Program-made: the position numbers and the translations under genes
IMG/VR virus record: IMGVR_UViG_3300007512_001108
Span: 1 to 64,000 of that record
Reading direction: 5' to 3' (one strand)
DNA length: 64,000 nt
From: a virus
The notes under the pieces: generated by a model
The model's database searches: none
Seen by the model: only the letters and a program-made list of their open reading frames with translations
Told to the model about the DNA's origin: nothing
In this document: positions 19,535 through 29,345 of the stretch, in pieces
Numbering within the stretch: the stretch's first letter is position 1
Layout of the letters: every line of letters begins with the position of its first letter

Positions 19535-20542
19535 CTATTTCGTTGTATCATACGGTGTCCAAACATCTTTTATTGCTTTATAATAATTTTCATCATTAAA
19601 AATCATATCATCCATTAAAGTTTCAAATGTGTATTCTGGTTTCCATCCTAGTTTTTCGCGAATTTTGGTAGAATCTCCTTTAAGGTCGTGAAGTTCTTCT
19701 GGTCTTAAATATTTTTCATCTAATACAACATAGTCTTTATAATTAAGTTGAAGTCTGTTAAAAACATATTCACAACAATCACGAACACTATGTGAAATAC
19801 CAGTTGCACAACAATAATCTTCTGGTTTATCTTCTTGCAACATCATCCACATTGCTTTTACATAATCCTTTGCGTGTCCCCAATCTCTTCTTGCTTCAAG
19901 ATTTCCCATACGAAGTTCTGTTGCTTCTCCTGCTTTAATAGCAATTGCACCCTGTACAATCTTACTGGTTACAAAATTAGAACCTCGTCTTGGTGATTCG
20001 TGATTGAATAATATACCATTACTAATATGCATACCATAAGAATGTCTATAATTTCTTACTATATTAAATGCATAAACTTTTGCACATCCATAGGGACTTA
20101 CAGGTAGCATTGGTGTTGTTTCTCTTTGGTATCCATCATCGTCAATACAGTTTCCAAACATTTCCGAAGAACTTGCTTGATAAATTCTTGCATCTGGACA
20201 TACTAAACGACACGCTTCTATAACTTTTAATACACCAACAGCATCTGCTTCTGCTGTATATATTGGCACATCAAAACTAATTCTCACATGAGATTGTGCG
20301 GCTAAATTGTATACTTCGTCTGGTTTAACTTTTTGTAATATATTAATTAAAGATGATAGGTCTGTCAAATCACCATAATATAAATGAAGTTGGTCATAAC
20401 AACTATCGAGTCTTGCAGTTTGATTTTCAGCAACTGAATTTCTTTTAAGAATTCCGTGTACCTCATATCCCTTTTCTATAAGAAATTCTGCGAGATAAGA
20501 ACCGTCTTGTCCGTTAATACCTGTAATTAATGCTTTTTTCAT
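19535..20542 (-). CDS. gmd: GDP-mannose 4,6-dehydratase
   Basis: ITGINGQDGSYLAE, YNLAAQSHV, YQASSSEMFG, GILFNHESPRRG and RDWGHAKDYV. Confidence 0.97.
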   Translation of the reverse strand: MKKALITGINGQDGSYLAEFLIEKGYEVHGILKRNSVAENQTARLDSCYDQLHLYYGDLTDLSSLINILQKVKPDEVYNLAAQSHVRISFDVPIYTAEADAVGVLKVIEACRLVCPDARIYQASSSEMFGNCIDDDGYQRETTPMLPVSPYGCAKVYAFNIVRNYRHSYGMHISNGILFNHESPRRGSNFVTSKIVQGAIAIKAGEATELRMGNLEARRDWGHAKDYVKAMWMMLQEDKPEDYCCATGISHSVRDCCEYVFNRLQLNYKDYVVLDEKYLRPEELHDLKGDSTKIREKLGWKPEYTFETLMDDMIFNDENYYKAIKDVWTPYDTTK

Positions 20543-21447
20543 TTTCTTGCCTTTTCATAATTTTTAATAAACCACTCAATACTTTTCTCCAATCCTTCTC
20601 TCAATGGAGTAAAATCAAAATCAGGATAATACTTTCTAAACTTTTCGTTTGATGCAGGTTTTCTATACTGTCCTTCTAGTCTGTCAGACTCGTATATTAC
20701 TTTACCAGAAAAATCCATAATATCAACAATATTATCTACAATTTCTGAAATAGAAACTTCATCACTGGAAGATAATATCATAGGAATTGATTCATTATAA
20801 GATTCTAGTGCCATTAGTGCAATTTTACCTACATCCTCCGAATATAAAAATTCTCTCATAGGTTTTCCACTTCCCCAAATGACAAAATCAGTATTATCTC
20901 TTTTTGCTAAATAACATTTGTGTATTAGTGCAGGTATTACATGACTATCATTTAAATCATAATTGTCATTTGGACCATATATGTTACAGGGTATTAGTGT
21001 AACAAAATTACATCCGTATTGGTCACGGTATGCTCTACTTTGAACATCTACCATTCTTTTTGCATATGCATATGCGTAATTAGTATGGTGGGGCTCTCCG
21101 TTGTGCATATATTCTTCTTTTAAGGGATAATCTACTTTGTCTGGAAACACACAAGTAGACATAAACGATACTACCTTTTTAATTTTACATAGTCTAGCCG
21201 CTTCTAGAAGATTTGTATTTATGATAATATTGTGATAAAAGAATTCACCCAATTTATCGCTGTTTGCTTTTAGTCCACCAACTTTTCCTGCACAATGGAC
21301 AATATAATCGATTTTATTCAATGTGATATATCTCACAATATTATCAATGTGCATTAAGTCCATATATTGTCTTGATGGTTTAAAAGAAGAGTCAATTGTT
21401 GAACCAACTAATCCACTTCCTCCAGTTACCAGTAAATTATTTTTCAT
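20539..21447 (-). CDS. fcl: GDP-L-fucose synthase / ColC-type epimerase-reductase
   Basis: VTGGSGLVG, AGKVGG, STCVFP, YAYAKR, NIYGPNDNY, HVIPAL and WGSGKPMREF. Start moved to MKNNLL at 21447. Confidence 0.93.
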   Translation of the reverse strand: MKNNLLVTGGSGLVGSTIDSSFKPSRQYMDLMHIDNIVRYITLNKIDYIVHCAGKVGGLKANSDKLGEFFYHNIIINTNLLEAARLCKIKKVVSFMSTCVFPDKVDYPLKEEYMHNGEPHHTNYAYAYAKRMVDVQSRAYRDQYGCNFVTLIPCNIYGPNDNYDLNDSHVIPALIHKCYLAKRDNTDFVIWGSGKPMREFLYSEDVGKIALMALESYNESIPMILSSSDEVSISEIVDNIVDIMDFSGKVIYESDRLEGQYRKPASNEKFRKYYPDFDFTPLREGLEKSIEWFIKNYEKARK

Positions 21448-22126
21448 ATCTTGAATCGGACTCCAACGCAATCCAATAAGATAAATCTGTACTTTTATTG
21501 GTAAATTTACTTACAACCTTTTCTGTAACTTCGACATTATAATCACCAGGCATAAGTTTTAAATTTTCTACCTTAAAATAAAATTCGAAATCTTCATTAT
21601 TACTATTAGTCCCAACTTCAACAGAATAGTTATTTGAAGTAGAATCTTTTTTATCCATTGATACTAATTCAATGATGCTTCCAGATGAACGCAAACATAA
21701 ATCTGGAAGTTGAAGAACTGAGGATGCCTTTTGTAATTCTGTAAAATCGTCATTGTTCAATTCAAAAGAAACTACAGTTTCTGGCATAGTAATAGTTTTA
21801 TTAATTGTTGTAAGAAGTTTAGGTTCTGAATAATAATATGTTACTTTTGTTCCGTTTGAACCAACTATAGTAACATAATTGTCCTCAAAATAAAATTCTG
21901 GGTCATCAAACAAGGAAATAGTTCCAAGCAATTTATTCAAATCCCAAATACCAAATTGACAATCAAAAGTTTCAGACACGGTTGCTTGTGCCATAACATT
22001 TTTTACTGGAGATATTGTTTTTATTGTATTTCCAGGCTCTACTAAAATGTTAGAATTGATTGTTGAGAAATTCTTTAGAATTTCTATTGTTTTCTTCGAT
22101 AGTTTCATAGCAGTTAGTATTTCCAT
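21437..22126 (-). CDS. 45: DNA polymerase sliding clamp gp45
   Basis: MKLSKKTIEILKNFSTINSNI...FGIWDLN...KVENLKLMPGDYNV...YWIALE. Confidence 0.96.
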   Translation of the reverse strand: MEILTAMKLSKKTIEILKNFSTINSNILVEPGNTIKTISPVKNVMAQATVSETFDCQFGIWDLNKLLGTISLFDDPEFYFEDNYVTIVGSNGTKVTYYYSEPKLLTTINKTITMPETVVSFELNNDDFTELQKASSVLQLPDLCLRSSGSIIELVSMDKKDSTSNNYSVEVGTNSNNEDFEFYFKVENLKLMPGDYNVEVTEKVVSKFTNKSTDLSYWIALESDSRYEK

Positions 22127-22148
22127 TATTTAAAATTCTCCATTATAT

Positions 22149-22346
22149 TTATTGACTATATTCCATATAATTATCCAAATCATCTTCATCATAGTCTTCG
22201 TTATCAGTAAATCTTTTCAGGTAATTTTTGTCGTTATGTCTACGCGCTTTTTTCTTATTCCTTTTAGTACCCTTACCACGAATATCTTGTATATCCTCGA
22301 TGGGATTATATTTGTTATTCTTTTTATTTCGTTTTCTAGATGACAT
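22149..22346 (-). CDS. Small basic/acidic hypothetical protein
   Basis: 65 aa ORF that fills the gap between rnh and gp45 on the coding strand. Confidence 0.5.
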   Translation of the reverse strand: MSSRKRNKKNNKYNPIEDIQDIRGKGTKRNKKKARRHNDKNYLKRFTDNEDYDEDDLDNYMEYSQ

Positions 22347-22352
22347 TATACA

Positions 22353-23186
22353 TTAAAACTCCTGTATATTCTCCATTAAAATCTTCAATTTGTTAATAAT
22401 AAAATAATTAAATAATTGACTTCTATTTCCTTCTATCGGTTTTTCCCATTCATTTAATATTTTATCCTCCACCCAATCTGGTATCTTATTAAAATCTACC
22501 AACATCTGATTTCTTTCCCAGTTTTCCAAAGAAGTAAATTCGTTTAAATTTTCCATAATATTAATAATTTTCTTCTCTCCACAAGGTTTTTGCCTTTTAT
22601 CTTTATCCATAAACACATCACTATCTGATAGAATGTTTGGTATTCCGTCCGATGCATCCCCCTTTATTATGTGTTTGATTAAATATTCTTCTGGATTTTT
22701 ACACACCAATAGTCCTTTATTTTTTAAACTATATTGAGATACATTTTCATATCTTTGCAATTGTTGAAAATCTTTATCAGAAGATACAATCATTATCTTT
22801 TCATTTTCGTGAAAGTGTTTTGTTAATATTGCAATAATATCATCAGCCTCGATGTGCTTTAAGTATATTGTTTTATATGGAAATGTTTCTTCAACTTCTT
22901 CTCTAATTTTACCTATCAATCCAAAAATTCTATTCCAATCAAAGGAGTCTTCTTTTTGTTTGATTTTTCTTTGTCCTTTGTAGTATTCAAAAATATCCTT
23001 TCTCCAATAATTCCCCCCATCATAGGATAAGACCAACTCTCCATATTCTTTATGAAATTTATTCCTGTAAATCCTTAACGAATTTATAACCATATGTCGT
23101 ATTAAATCTTCTTCTACCTCATCTACATTTTTCATTCTTGCAAATAAGTTATGAAGTATGATTTGATTCATGTCTAATAATATCAT
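22353..23186 (-). CDS. rnh: T4-type RNase H (5'-3' exonuclease)
   Basis: ILLDMNQ, YWRKD.F.YYK, EADDII, SSDKDFQQL and KGDASDGIPN. Confidence 0.95.
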   Translation of the reverse strand: MILLDMNQIILHNLFARMKNVDEVEEDLIRHMVINSLRIYRNKFHKEYGELVLSYDGGNYWRKDIFEYYKGQRKIKQKEDSFDWNRIFGLIGKIREEVEETFPYKTIYLKHIEADDIIAILTKHFHENEKIMIVSSDKDFQQLQRYENVSQYSLKNKGLLVCKNPEEYLIKHIIKGDASDGIPNILSDSDVFMDKDKRQKPCGEKKIINIMENLNEFTSLENWERNQMLVDFNKIPDWVEDKILNEWEKPIEGNRSQLFNYFIINKLKILMENIQEF

Positions 23187-23581
23187 TTTTGTTTCTTCAT
23201 TTCTTCAAATAATATTTGAGTACTTCCTGCTTTACTTTTTTCTTTCAAAAACATTTTACCTTTTGGTATATACTTTTGGGTTTTCTTCGTTGTTATGGCA
23301 TTTTTACACGCATTTAATTTTAAATCTGCATGTTTTCTCATATATACCCTATCTTCTTTATTGGTATTTCTTTGAAACCAAAAATTCTTTTCCAATATCC
23401 ACTCCCAGATGCACTCACCCTTCCAACAAATTTGCACTCTAATATCTTTATTTCTTTCGAATGCATGCCATTCTTCTTGATTTGCCAGTTTATAGGTTTT
23501 GACTGTAAAGTTTTTAGATAAAGATTCAAGACCATTTGTGATATAATCTTTATACGATGAGTTGTTCATTATATTTTTCAT
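23183..23581 (-). CDS. Hypothetical protein (probably leaderless start at 23581)
   Basis: ORF on the coding strand; the ORF-track start at 23599 lies inside a consensus promoter. Confidence 0.6.
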   Translation of the reverse strand: MKNIMNNSSYKDYITNGLESLSKNFTVKTYKLANQEEWHAFERNKDIRVQICWKGECIWEWILEKNFWFQRNTNKEDRVYMRKHADLKLNACKNAITTKKTQKYIPKGKMFLKEKSKAGSTQILFEEMKKQK

Positions 23582-23587
23582 TACTAC

Positions 23588-23615
23588 ATTATACACCATA
23601 TATTTTTACTGTCAA
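23588..23615 (-). promoter_or_regulatory. Consensus sigma70 (early) promoter
   Basis: TTGACA (23615-23610), 16 nt spacer, TATAAT (23593-23588). Confidence 0.8.
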
Positions 23616-23616
23616 G

Positions 23617-25221
23617 TTAAGGTTTCCAAAAAACAAATACTGGTTCATATTTCATATACTTACCATCCACTCTGCAATAGTTTTTACAGGTAGGCTTTCC
23701 ATCTTCGTCTAATCTATTTTGACCAGGCATTCCTTCTAAAGCCATCTTTAATGTATACTTATATTCCAAACCACAAGACTCAAGAATGTCTTTGCTGTCC
23801 TGTTCTAGTGGAAGGTAATTTCCACTTACCAATAAGTCTGCGATATTCCAAGCCATATGTCTACCAGACTTTAAATATTCTGCACAAGTTTCTAGTGTTG
23901 GTTTTAAGAATCCATCTCTCCAAGATTCATATGAAGAGCCATATTTCTTATATGATTGGTTTTCATCTTCACTATATGCTTCTCTATTAAAATATGGCGG
24001 AGATGTGAATATAAAATCCAATTTTCCTTTATATTTCTGAAAGTCAGGATTGTTTTGAATTACTTCTGAACCCTCTTGAAATATTTCGTAAGTGTTAGTT
24101 TCTGAAAAGAATGGATTTCCTCTATAAGTTTTGGTATTGTAGAAATCTGCGAGAGAAGAATACTTGCTGTAAGAACCGTCCCCCATAAAATTATCAGGAT
24201 TAGGGTCAGTGCCAATATAACGAATCCTACGGTCATCGCGTACACCCATAGCACCGAGGATACGACCACCCCAACCAGCCGATGGGTCATAGATGTTAAT
24301 AACTTCTTGGTCTTTGATATCATTTGTAAACCTTTCATAAATATATTTTGCAGTCATTGGAGGGAAGTTTACCGCAGGTTGAATAAATCCTATACGGTAT
24401 GCAGAAAACGCCTTTGGAAACATTTTCTTTCCCTTCTTATATACACGAATATTATATCGCATATCATCAGACATATTTTCAATGTCAAATGTAGAATAGT
24501 GTCTGTATTGTAACCATCCCTTTTCTTTATATTTCTTTACTTCATCTTGTTTGAGATTTATAATACCATCTTGTTCCACTTGATGATATCCACTATTTAA
24601 TCCTTTATTTTCTCTGAATTTTACTTCCTCAAGAATAAAATCATATCCTTTAAAAATCTGTGGTGAAGTAAAAAATGCATGTATCCAATCATTGGCATTT
24701 GCTGTGTCTATAATCGCATATTTGGGTTGATGAACAAATGCACTCTTTGCGTGTTCATATAAACTATCTCTGCGGAAGTGTCGCAATCCACCTTTTACCA
24801 TTTTCTCAAGATGTCTATCATCTGCAAACAAATCGTAGATTGAATACCCATTATCTTTCTGTGTATAATTAATTCGTGTCTGCATCATATTACTAAACCA
24901 CTGGTCTGCTTCCCCTCCAATCCTTGATTTATTAATAATAACATCGTCTTCTACATCAGACAATTCATCTGTAAAGGCAAATTCATGAATTGGAAACTCT
25001 GCAATTTTATTAAATTGTTCAATAAGTGCCTCTTCTGTTTTACCTGTTCTTGGTGGACATCCGTTCTTATCCCAAGATGCTTTTACAACCTTTCTAAACT
25101 CTATCACCCATTCTCTAAATTCGTCTGGTGTCATCGCCACCAAATTGTCATATACACAATTGATGTGGGAGTTTATTACATCATTATTTCGTTCATAGTA
25201 ATGTTTTGTTTCTGTCATCAT
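23617..25221 (-). CDS. Amino (N6-A/N4-C) DNA methyltransferase-like protein with long N-terminal region
   Basis: YDPSAGWGGR (motif I) precedes FTSPPYF (motif IV). Confidence 0.75.
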   Translation of the reverse strand: MMTETKHYYERNNDVINSHINCVYDNLVAMTPDEFREWVIEFRKVVKASWDKNGCPPRTGKTEEALIEQFNKIAEFPIHEFAFTDELSDVEDDVIINKSRIGGEADQWFSNMMQTRINYTQKDNGYSIYDLFADDRHLEKMVKGGLRHFRRDSLYEHAKSAFVHQPKYAIIDTANANDWIHAFFTSPQIFKGYDFILEEVKFRENKGLNSGYHQVEQDGIINLKQDEVKKYKEKGWLQYRHYSTFDIENMSDDMRYNIRVYKKGKKMFPKAFSAYRIGFIQPAVNFPPMTAKYIYERFTNDIKDQEVINIYDPSAGWGGRILGAMGVRDDRRIRYIGTDPNPDNFMGDGSYSKYSSLADFYNTKTYRGNPFFSETNTYEIFQEGSEVIQNNPDFQKYKGKLDFIFTSPPYFNREAYSEDENQSYKKYGSSYESWRDGFLKPTLETCAEYLKSGRHMAWNIADLLVSGNYLPLEQDSKDILESCGLEYKYTLKMALEGMPGQNRLDEDGKPTCKNYCRVDGKYMKYEPVFVFWKP

Positions 25222-26930
25222 TTTATCCTACTAAAGTTGTTCTTCTTCTCAAACACGATATGATTCTGGAACTTATCAGTCATTGTATCAGATTTATGGG
25301 AAATTACAAATATATTCGCACGACTTCCGAAGGATGTCAAGAGTTTTAAGAATTCTTCTGTACCAACCGCATCAAGACTTGAATCAAACACTTCGTCAAG
25401 AATCAGCAAGTTGCAGTTTACACTATTCTTCAATCGTGCAATTTCACGCCACGCAAGAAGCAACGACAGGTCTATACGCAACCGTTCACCTTCACTAAAA
25501 CTGTGGTATGTAAACTCATCACGATGGCGACTCTTGATTGTTTCGTTAAAGTTTTCATCGAGATTAAATTGACAAAAGAAATCCATATCTGCAAGATACT
25601 TGTTGATTAACTTGTTCATAATTGGCAAGTAGTGTTTGATAATCTTTGCTTTGATTCCTGTATCTTTTAGAAGAGTAGAAGCAATACTATAATAGTGTTT
25701 ATCCTCGATAAGTTCTTTTCTTCTTTCGACATGTTGTTTTCCTTCACCAATTAATTGATTTAATTCATCTTTTGTTTCTTGTGTTTCTGTTCCTTCATTC
25801 AATACTTCTTCTATTCTGTTTTGCATAGTATTAATATACTGTAGTGAAGAATTAATTTTTGTTTGGTTTTTGTTAATTTCTATTTCGATTTTCTCTATAT
25901 CAAATAAAATAGAATTTATTTCTGTCATTCTTTCACTGGTGTTCATAATATTTTGTGTCAAATCTGAAATCCCATCTTCTACTTCTTTTCGTTCGTTTGC
26001 TTTATCATTAAACATAGATTTCTTGTGATGTTCTTCGATGTCTTGTTTGCAAGATGGACAAGTATCATTTTCTTCATAGAACTTAATATTCTTTTCTATA
26101 GATTTAATTTTATTATTTAGTTGTTTTTCCAAACTTTCCATCTTCAGAAGTCTTCTTGGGACATCATCTTTGTCTTTTACCTCTTCTAAAAGAGATTCAA
26201 TTTTATCTTGTTCGTCTTTAATTTCTTTTTGTAGTTTCGAAATTTGCTTATTGTTTATTGCTACTTCACTTTTATAATCTTCTATGGAATCATCAGATTT
26301 CTTTTTAAGTGCATTAATTAATTTTTGTTTTTCGTCTACTTTACTTTTTGCTATTTCTATTTTAGTATCAATGTCTTTAATATATTCTTTTGCTGTTTGT
26401 AATCTTGCACGAACAAGCGTATTCATAACCGAAAACACATCAATGTCTAGTAAATTTTCAACTACCAATCTTCTATCTGAAGCACTTAATTGCATAAAGG
26501 GAACATAATTTGATGAACCAAGAATAACTACTTGACAAAATGATTTATATGTCATCTTGATAATTTGTTCTTCTAAAATTTTCTGATAATCTCTTGACTT
26601 TGCATCTTGGTCAAGCATTTCACCGTTCTTGAATATTTCAAATTTCTTGGGTTTCAAACTGCGAAATATACGATACTCATCATTACCAATAGTAAATGTA
26701 ATTTCTACTTCACATTCTCTTTCGTTTATTGAATTTATTAATTGTGGTATTTTAATACCACGAAAAGATTTACCAAATAATGCATATGTTAATGCATCAA
26801 GCATAGTTGACTTCCCTGCACCATTCTCACCAGAAATAAGTGTATTGTGATGTCTGGTTAAATCTACAGTTGTTTTATAATTGCCAGTTGAAAGAAAATT
26901 CTTCCAACTCAATGTTTGAAATATAATCAT
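25218..26930 (-). CDS. 46: Recombination ATPase gp46 (Rad50/SbcC-like)
   Basis: GENGAGKST, CPSC zinc hook, FSEGE and LDEVFD. Confidence 0.97.
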   Translation of the reverse strand: MIIFQTLSWKNFLSTGNYKTTVDLTRHHNTLISGENGAGKSTMLDALTYALFGKSFRGIKIPQLINSINERECEVEITFTIGNDEYRIFRSLKPKKFEIFKNGEMLDQDAKSRDYQKILEEQIIKMTYKSFCQVVILGSSNYVPFMQLSASDRRLVVENLLDIDVFSVMNTLVRARLQTAKEYIKDIDTKIEIAKSKVDEKQKLINALKKKSDDSIEDYKSEVAINNKQISKLQKEIKDEQDKIESLLEEVKDKDDVPRRLLKMESLEKQLNNKIKSIEKNIKFYEENDTCPSCKQDIEEHHKKSMFNDKANERKEVEDGISDLTQNIMNTSERMTEINSILFDIEKIEIEINKNQTKINSSLQYINTMQNRIEEVLNEGTETQETKDELNQLIGEGKQHVERRKELIEDKHYYSIASTLLKDTGIKAKIIKHYLPIMNKLINKYLADMDFFCQFNLDENFNETIKSRHRDEFTYHSFSEGERLRIDLSLLLAWREIARLKNSVNCNLLILDEVFDSSLDAVGTEEFLKLLTSFGSRANIFVISHKSDTMTDKFQNHIVFEKKNNFSRIK

Positions 26931-27673
26931 TCTGATACTGTGAATATATTACGAATCCGTTCGTTTGCATATTCACATTGCCTTTCACTTATCTCTGTTC
27001 CAACATAAGAACACCCATATTCTATACATCCATTTGCAGTTGTACCTGTTCCCATAAATGGGTCAAATACCAAGAAAGATTCTTCTTGTTTTGCATAGGT
27101 ACTTAAAAGTTTCTTTACAAATTCTGTAGAATATGTTGCTTGATTTATATCTTTTGTAGCACCGTCATTGTTTTTCGCATCAATAAAATTCATAACCGGC
27201 GAATAGTACTTCTGACCAGTTTTGCTTATTTTACTTATTTGTTTATTTGTTGTGAAAGAATTAATTTCGTCCTTACGAACAAAGACAAAAACGAATTCAC
27301 AGATTCTTTGTAATCTATTTGGACTTGCAGGATATGGAATGGAAGATTTCTTTTTCCATATAATAGTATCTGCAATACAGAAGTTTGTATTTTTTACTAA
27401 GTGTGCAACTAATTCATAAGGAAATGATGGGTTCTCTATAGAATAGGAAAAATTATAAAGAACCACTCCGTTCTCTATAAGAACGCTGTCAAACTGATTA
27501 AATATATCGGTAGTCCACTCTAAGTACTCTTCTGGTTCTTTCCAATCATCATACTCATCATATCTTCCAGAATCAGCATCACCGCCAGGTCTTTTTGTCA
27601 TATTATATGGTGGACTAGTAAGAATTAAATTGACCTTATCATCACAATCCTTCATAAATTTCACACAGTCCAT
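26927..27673 (-). CDS. Beta-class N4-C/N6-A DNA methyltransferase
   Basis: TSPPY near the N-terminus, IIWKK, and DPFMGTGTT near the C-terminus. Confidence 0.9.
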   Translation of the reverse strand: MDCVKFMKDCDDKVNLILTSPPYNMTKRPGGDADSGRYDEYDDWKEPEEYLEWTTDIFNQFDSVLIENGVVLYNFSYSIENPSFPYELVAHLVKNTNFCIADTIIWKKKSSIPYPASPNRLQRICEFVFVFVRKDEINSFTTNKQISKISKTGQKYYSPVMNFIDAKNNDGATKDINQATYSTEFVKKLLSTYAKQEESFLVFDPFMGTGTTANGCIEYGCSYVGTEISERQCEYANERIRNIFTVSE

Positions 27674-27690
27674 ATTATATATTTTATTCT

Positions 27691-28737
27691 TTATAATGAT
27701 AAACTCTCCATATACAAATCTTTAATAATCTCTTTCATTTTCGCCTTATCTTTTACTTCATCAATCAAATCTATTTCATTATTAATTAGTGTAACAGTAT
27801 CTTGTGCTAAGTCAACTATTTCTTCTTTAGTCCATTCGGAATCTATAATTTCCTCCACAATAGTAATTTTGGCAACTCCACAGTCATAAAGTCTATCCAT
27901 AAATCTTTCAAAAGAATAGGGATGTTTTTTATTTTCAACATATAATTTAATATAAGAATCTTTAAGATGATTGCAGTCATATTTCTCTATGTCTATAGGT
28001 CCATCTTCGTCATTATATGTTACAGAGTGAAACATCTTATATGGATTTTTAATAAATTCTATTTCTCTTAAATCTGTATCGAATATATGAAATCCTTTTG
28101 TTTCTTTTAAGTCTGCAAATGTAATTTGATATTGTGTTCCCATATAATATATGTTACCGTGTTCTTGGCGACAATGGAAATGTCCTGTATATACCTGTTC
28201 ATATCTGTCAAATAACTTTGCATCCATTCCACCGTCATATTTAACACCTCTCATCACATCATATCCTTGTAGTTCAAGATGTCCTATGAGAACTGGAGCA
28301 GATGCTGTTTTAATAAAATCTACAGATGTATCATAATTTTCTTTATTTACCCAAGGAAGTAATGCAATATCTAATCCATCAAAATTTACTACGGTAGGTT
28401 CTTCATATAAAATTAAATCGTTTCCAAACAATTCTCGAATTGAATTAATTACATTTGTATTTCGATAGTAGACATCGTGGTTTCCAAGTATACAATGTAA
28501 TTTAATATCTTCATCCTTCAACCTATCCATAAACTTTGTTCTGACTTGATTAAGGATATTAAAGTTGACAAACTTTCGTCTGTCCATTAAATCACCTGCA
28601 TGAATTACTGTTTTTATGTTGTGTTCTTTGATATATGGAAAAAATACATTATCAAAAAACTTCATAAAGTAATCAAAAAATAGTTGTGAGTCACCTCTTG
28701 CACCAAAGTGCGTATCATTTAGAATTGCAATTCGCAT
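27691..28737 (-). CDS. 47: Recombination nuclease gp47 (Mre11/SbcD-like)
   Basis: DTHFGAR, GDLMDRRK, GNHD, GHLEL and GHFH. Confidence 0.97.
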   Translation of the reverse strand: MRIAILNDTHFGARGDSQLFFDYFMKFFDNVFFPYIKEHNIKTVIHAGDLMDRRKFVNFNILNQVRTKFMDRLKDEDIKLHCILGNHDVYYRNTNVINSIRELFGNDLILYEEPTVVNFDGLDIALLPWVNKENYDTSVDFIKTASAPVLIGHLELQGYDVMRGVKYDGGMDAKLFDRYEQVYTGHFHCRQEHGNIYYMGTQYQITFADLKETKGFHIFDTDLREIEFIKNPYKMFHSVTYNDEDGPIDIEKYDCNHLKDSYIKLYVENKKHPYSFERFMDRLYDCGVAKITIVEEIIDSEWTKEEIVDLAQDTVTLINNEIDLIDEVKDKAKMKEIIKDLYMESLSL

Positions 28738-29327
28738 TATTCATCATCCATAAATTTTTCTAATTTGCTTTCTTTCTTTTTCTTCTTCTTTTTTGTTTCT
28801 TTCTTTTTCTTTTTCTTGGGGGTAAAATTTTCTATATCTGTTTCTGTTAAGTTTAATATTTTTGCATATGGGTCTTTCACTTCTTTTTCACTGTCTGCAA
28901 AATAATTTTCCTTATACCACTTTTTATGAGTGCCATCTATATCTGTCAATTCCATCATTTTATATTTAATAAAATTCTGCTTCTTCTCTTTTTGTATTCT
29001 TCTTAGGAATGCATAGTATATAATTTGAGTAAAATACGAAAACGGATTAGTAGATTTTTCTGGGTCAAAATTGTGTGCATACATTAAACAGTTTTCAATT
29101 CCATCACCTATCATTTCTTCTTTAAAGGGATAATTTATAAAGTTTGGTCTAAAAGATAAATGTTGTGCAATTTTTAGAAAACAATCTCCGATATATTCTC
29201 CAACAGGTGGTCTAGGTTCTTCAGACCCTTCCGCTTCATTCACAAGTTTTTTCCATTCTGACATTGCAACAAAAAATTCTTTATTATCTACATAATGATT
29301 TACATCTTTTTTATTCTTTTCACTCAT
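28737..29327 (-). CDS. 55: Late-transcription sigma factor gp55
   Basis: HYVDNKEF...CFLKIA.HLS.RPNFINY...NPFSYFTQIIYYAFLRRIQKEKKQ. Confidence 0.97.
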   Translation of the reverse strand: MSEKNKKDVNHYVDNKEFFVAMSEWKKLVNEAEGSEEPRPPVGEYIGDCFLKIAQHLSFRPNFINYPFKEEMIGDGIENCLMYAHNFDPEKSTNPFSYFTQIIYYAFLRRIQKEKKQNFIKYKMMELTDIDGTHKKWYKENYFADSEKEVKDPYAKILNLTETDIENFTPKKKKKKETKKKKKKKESKLEKFMDDE

Positions 29328-29345
29328 ATCTTTTCATATTCTTTC

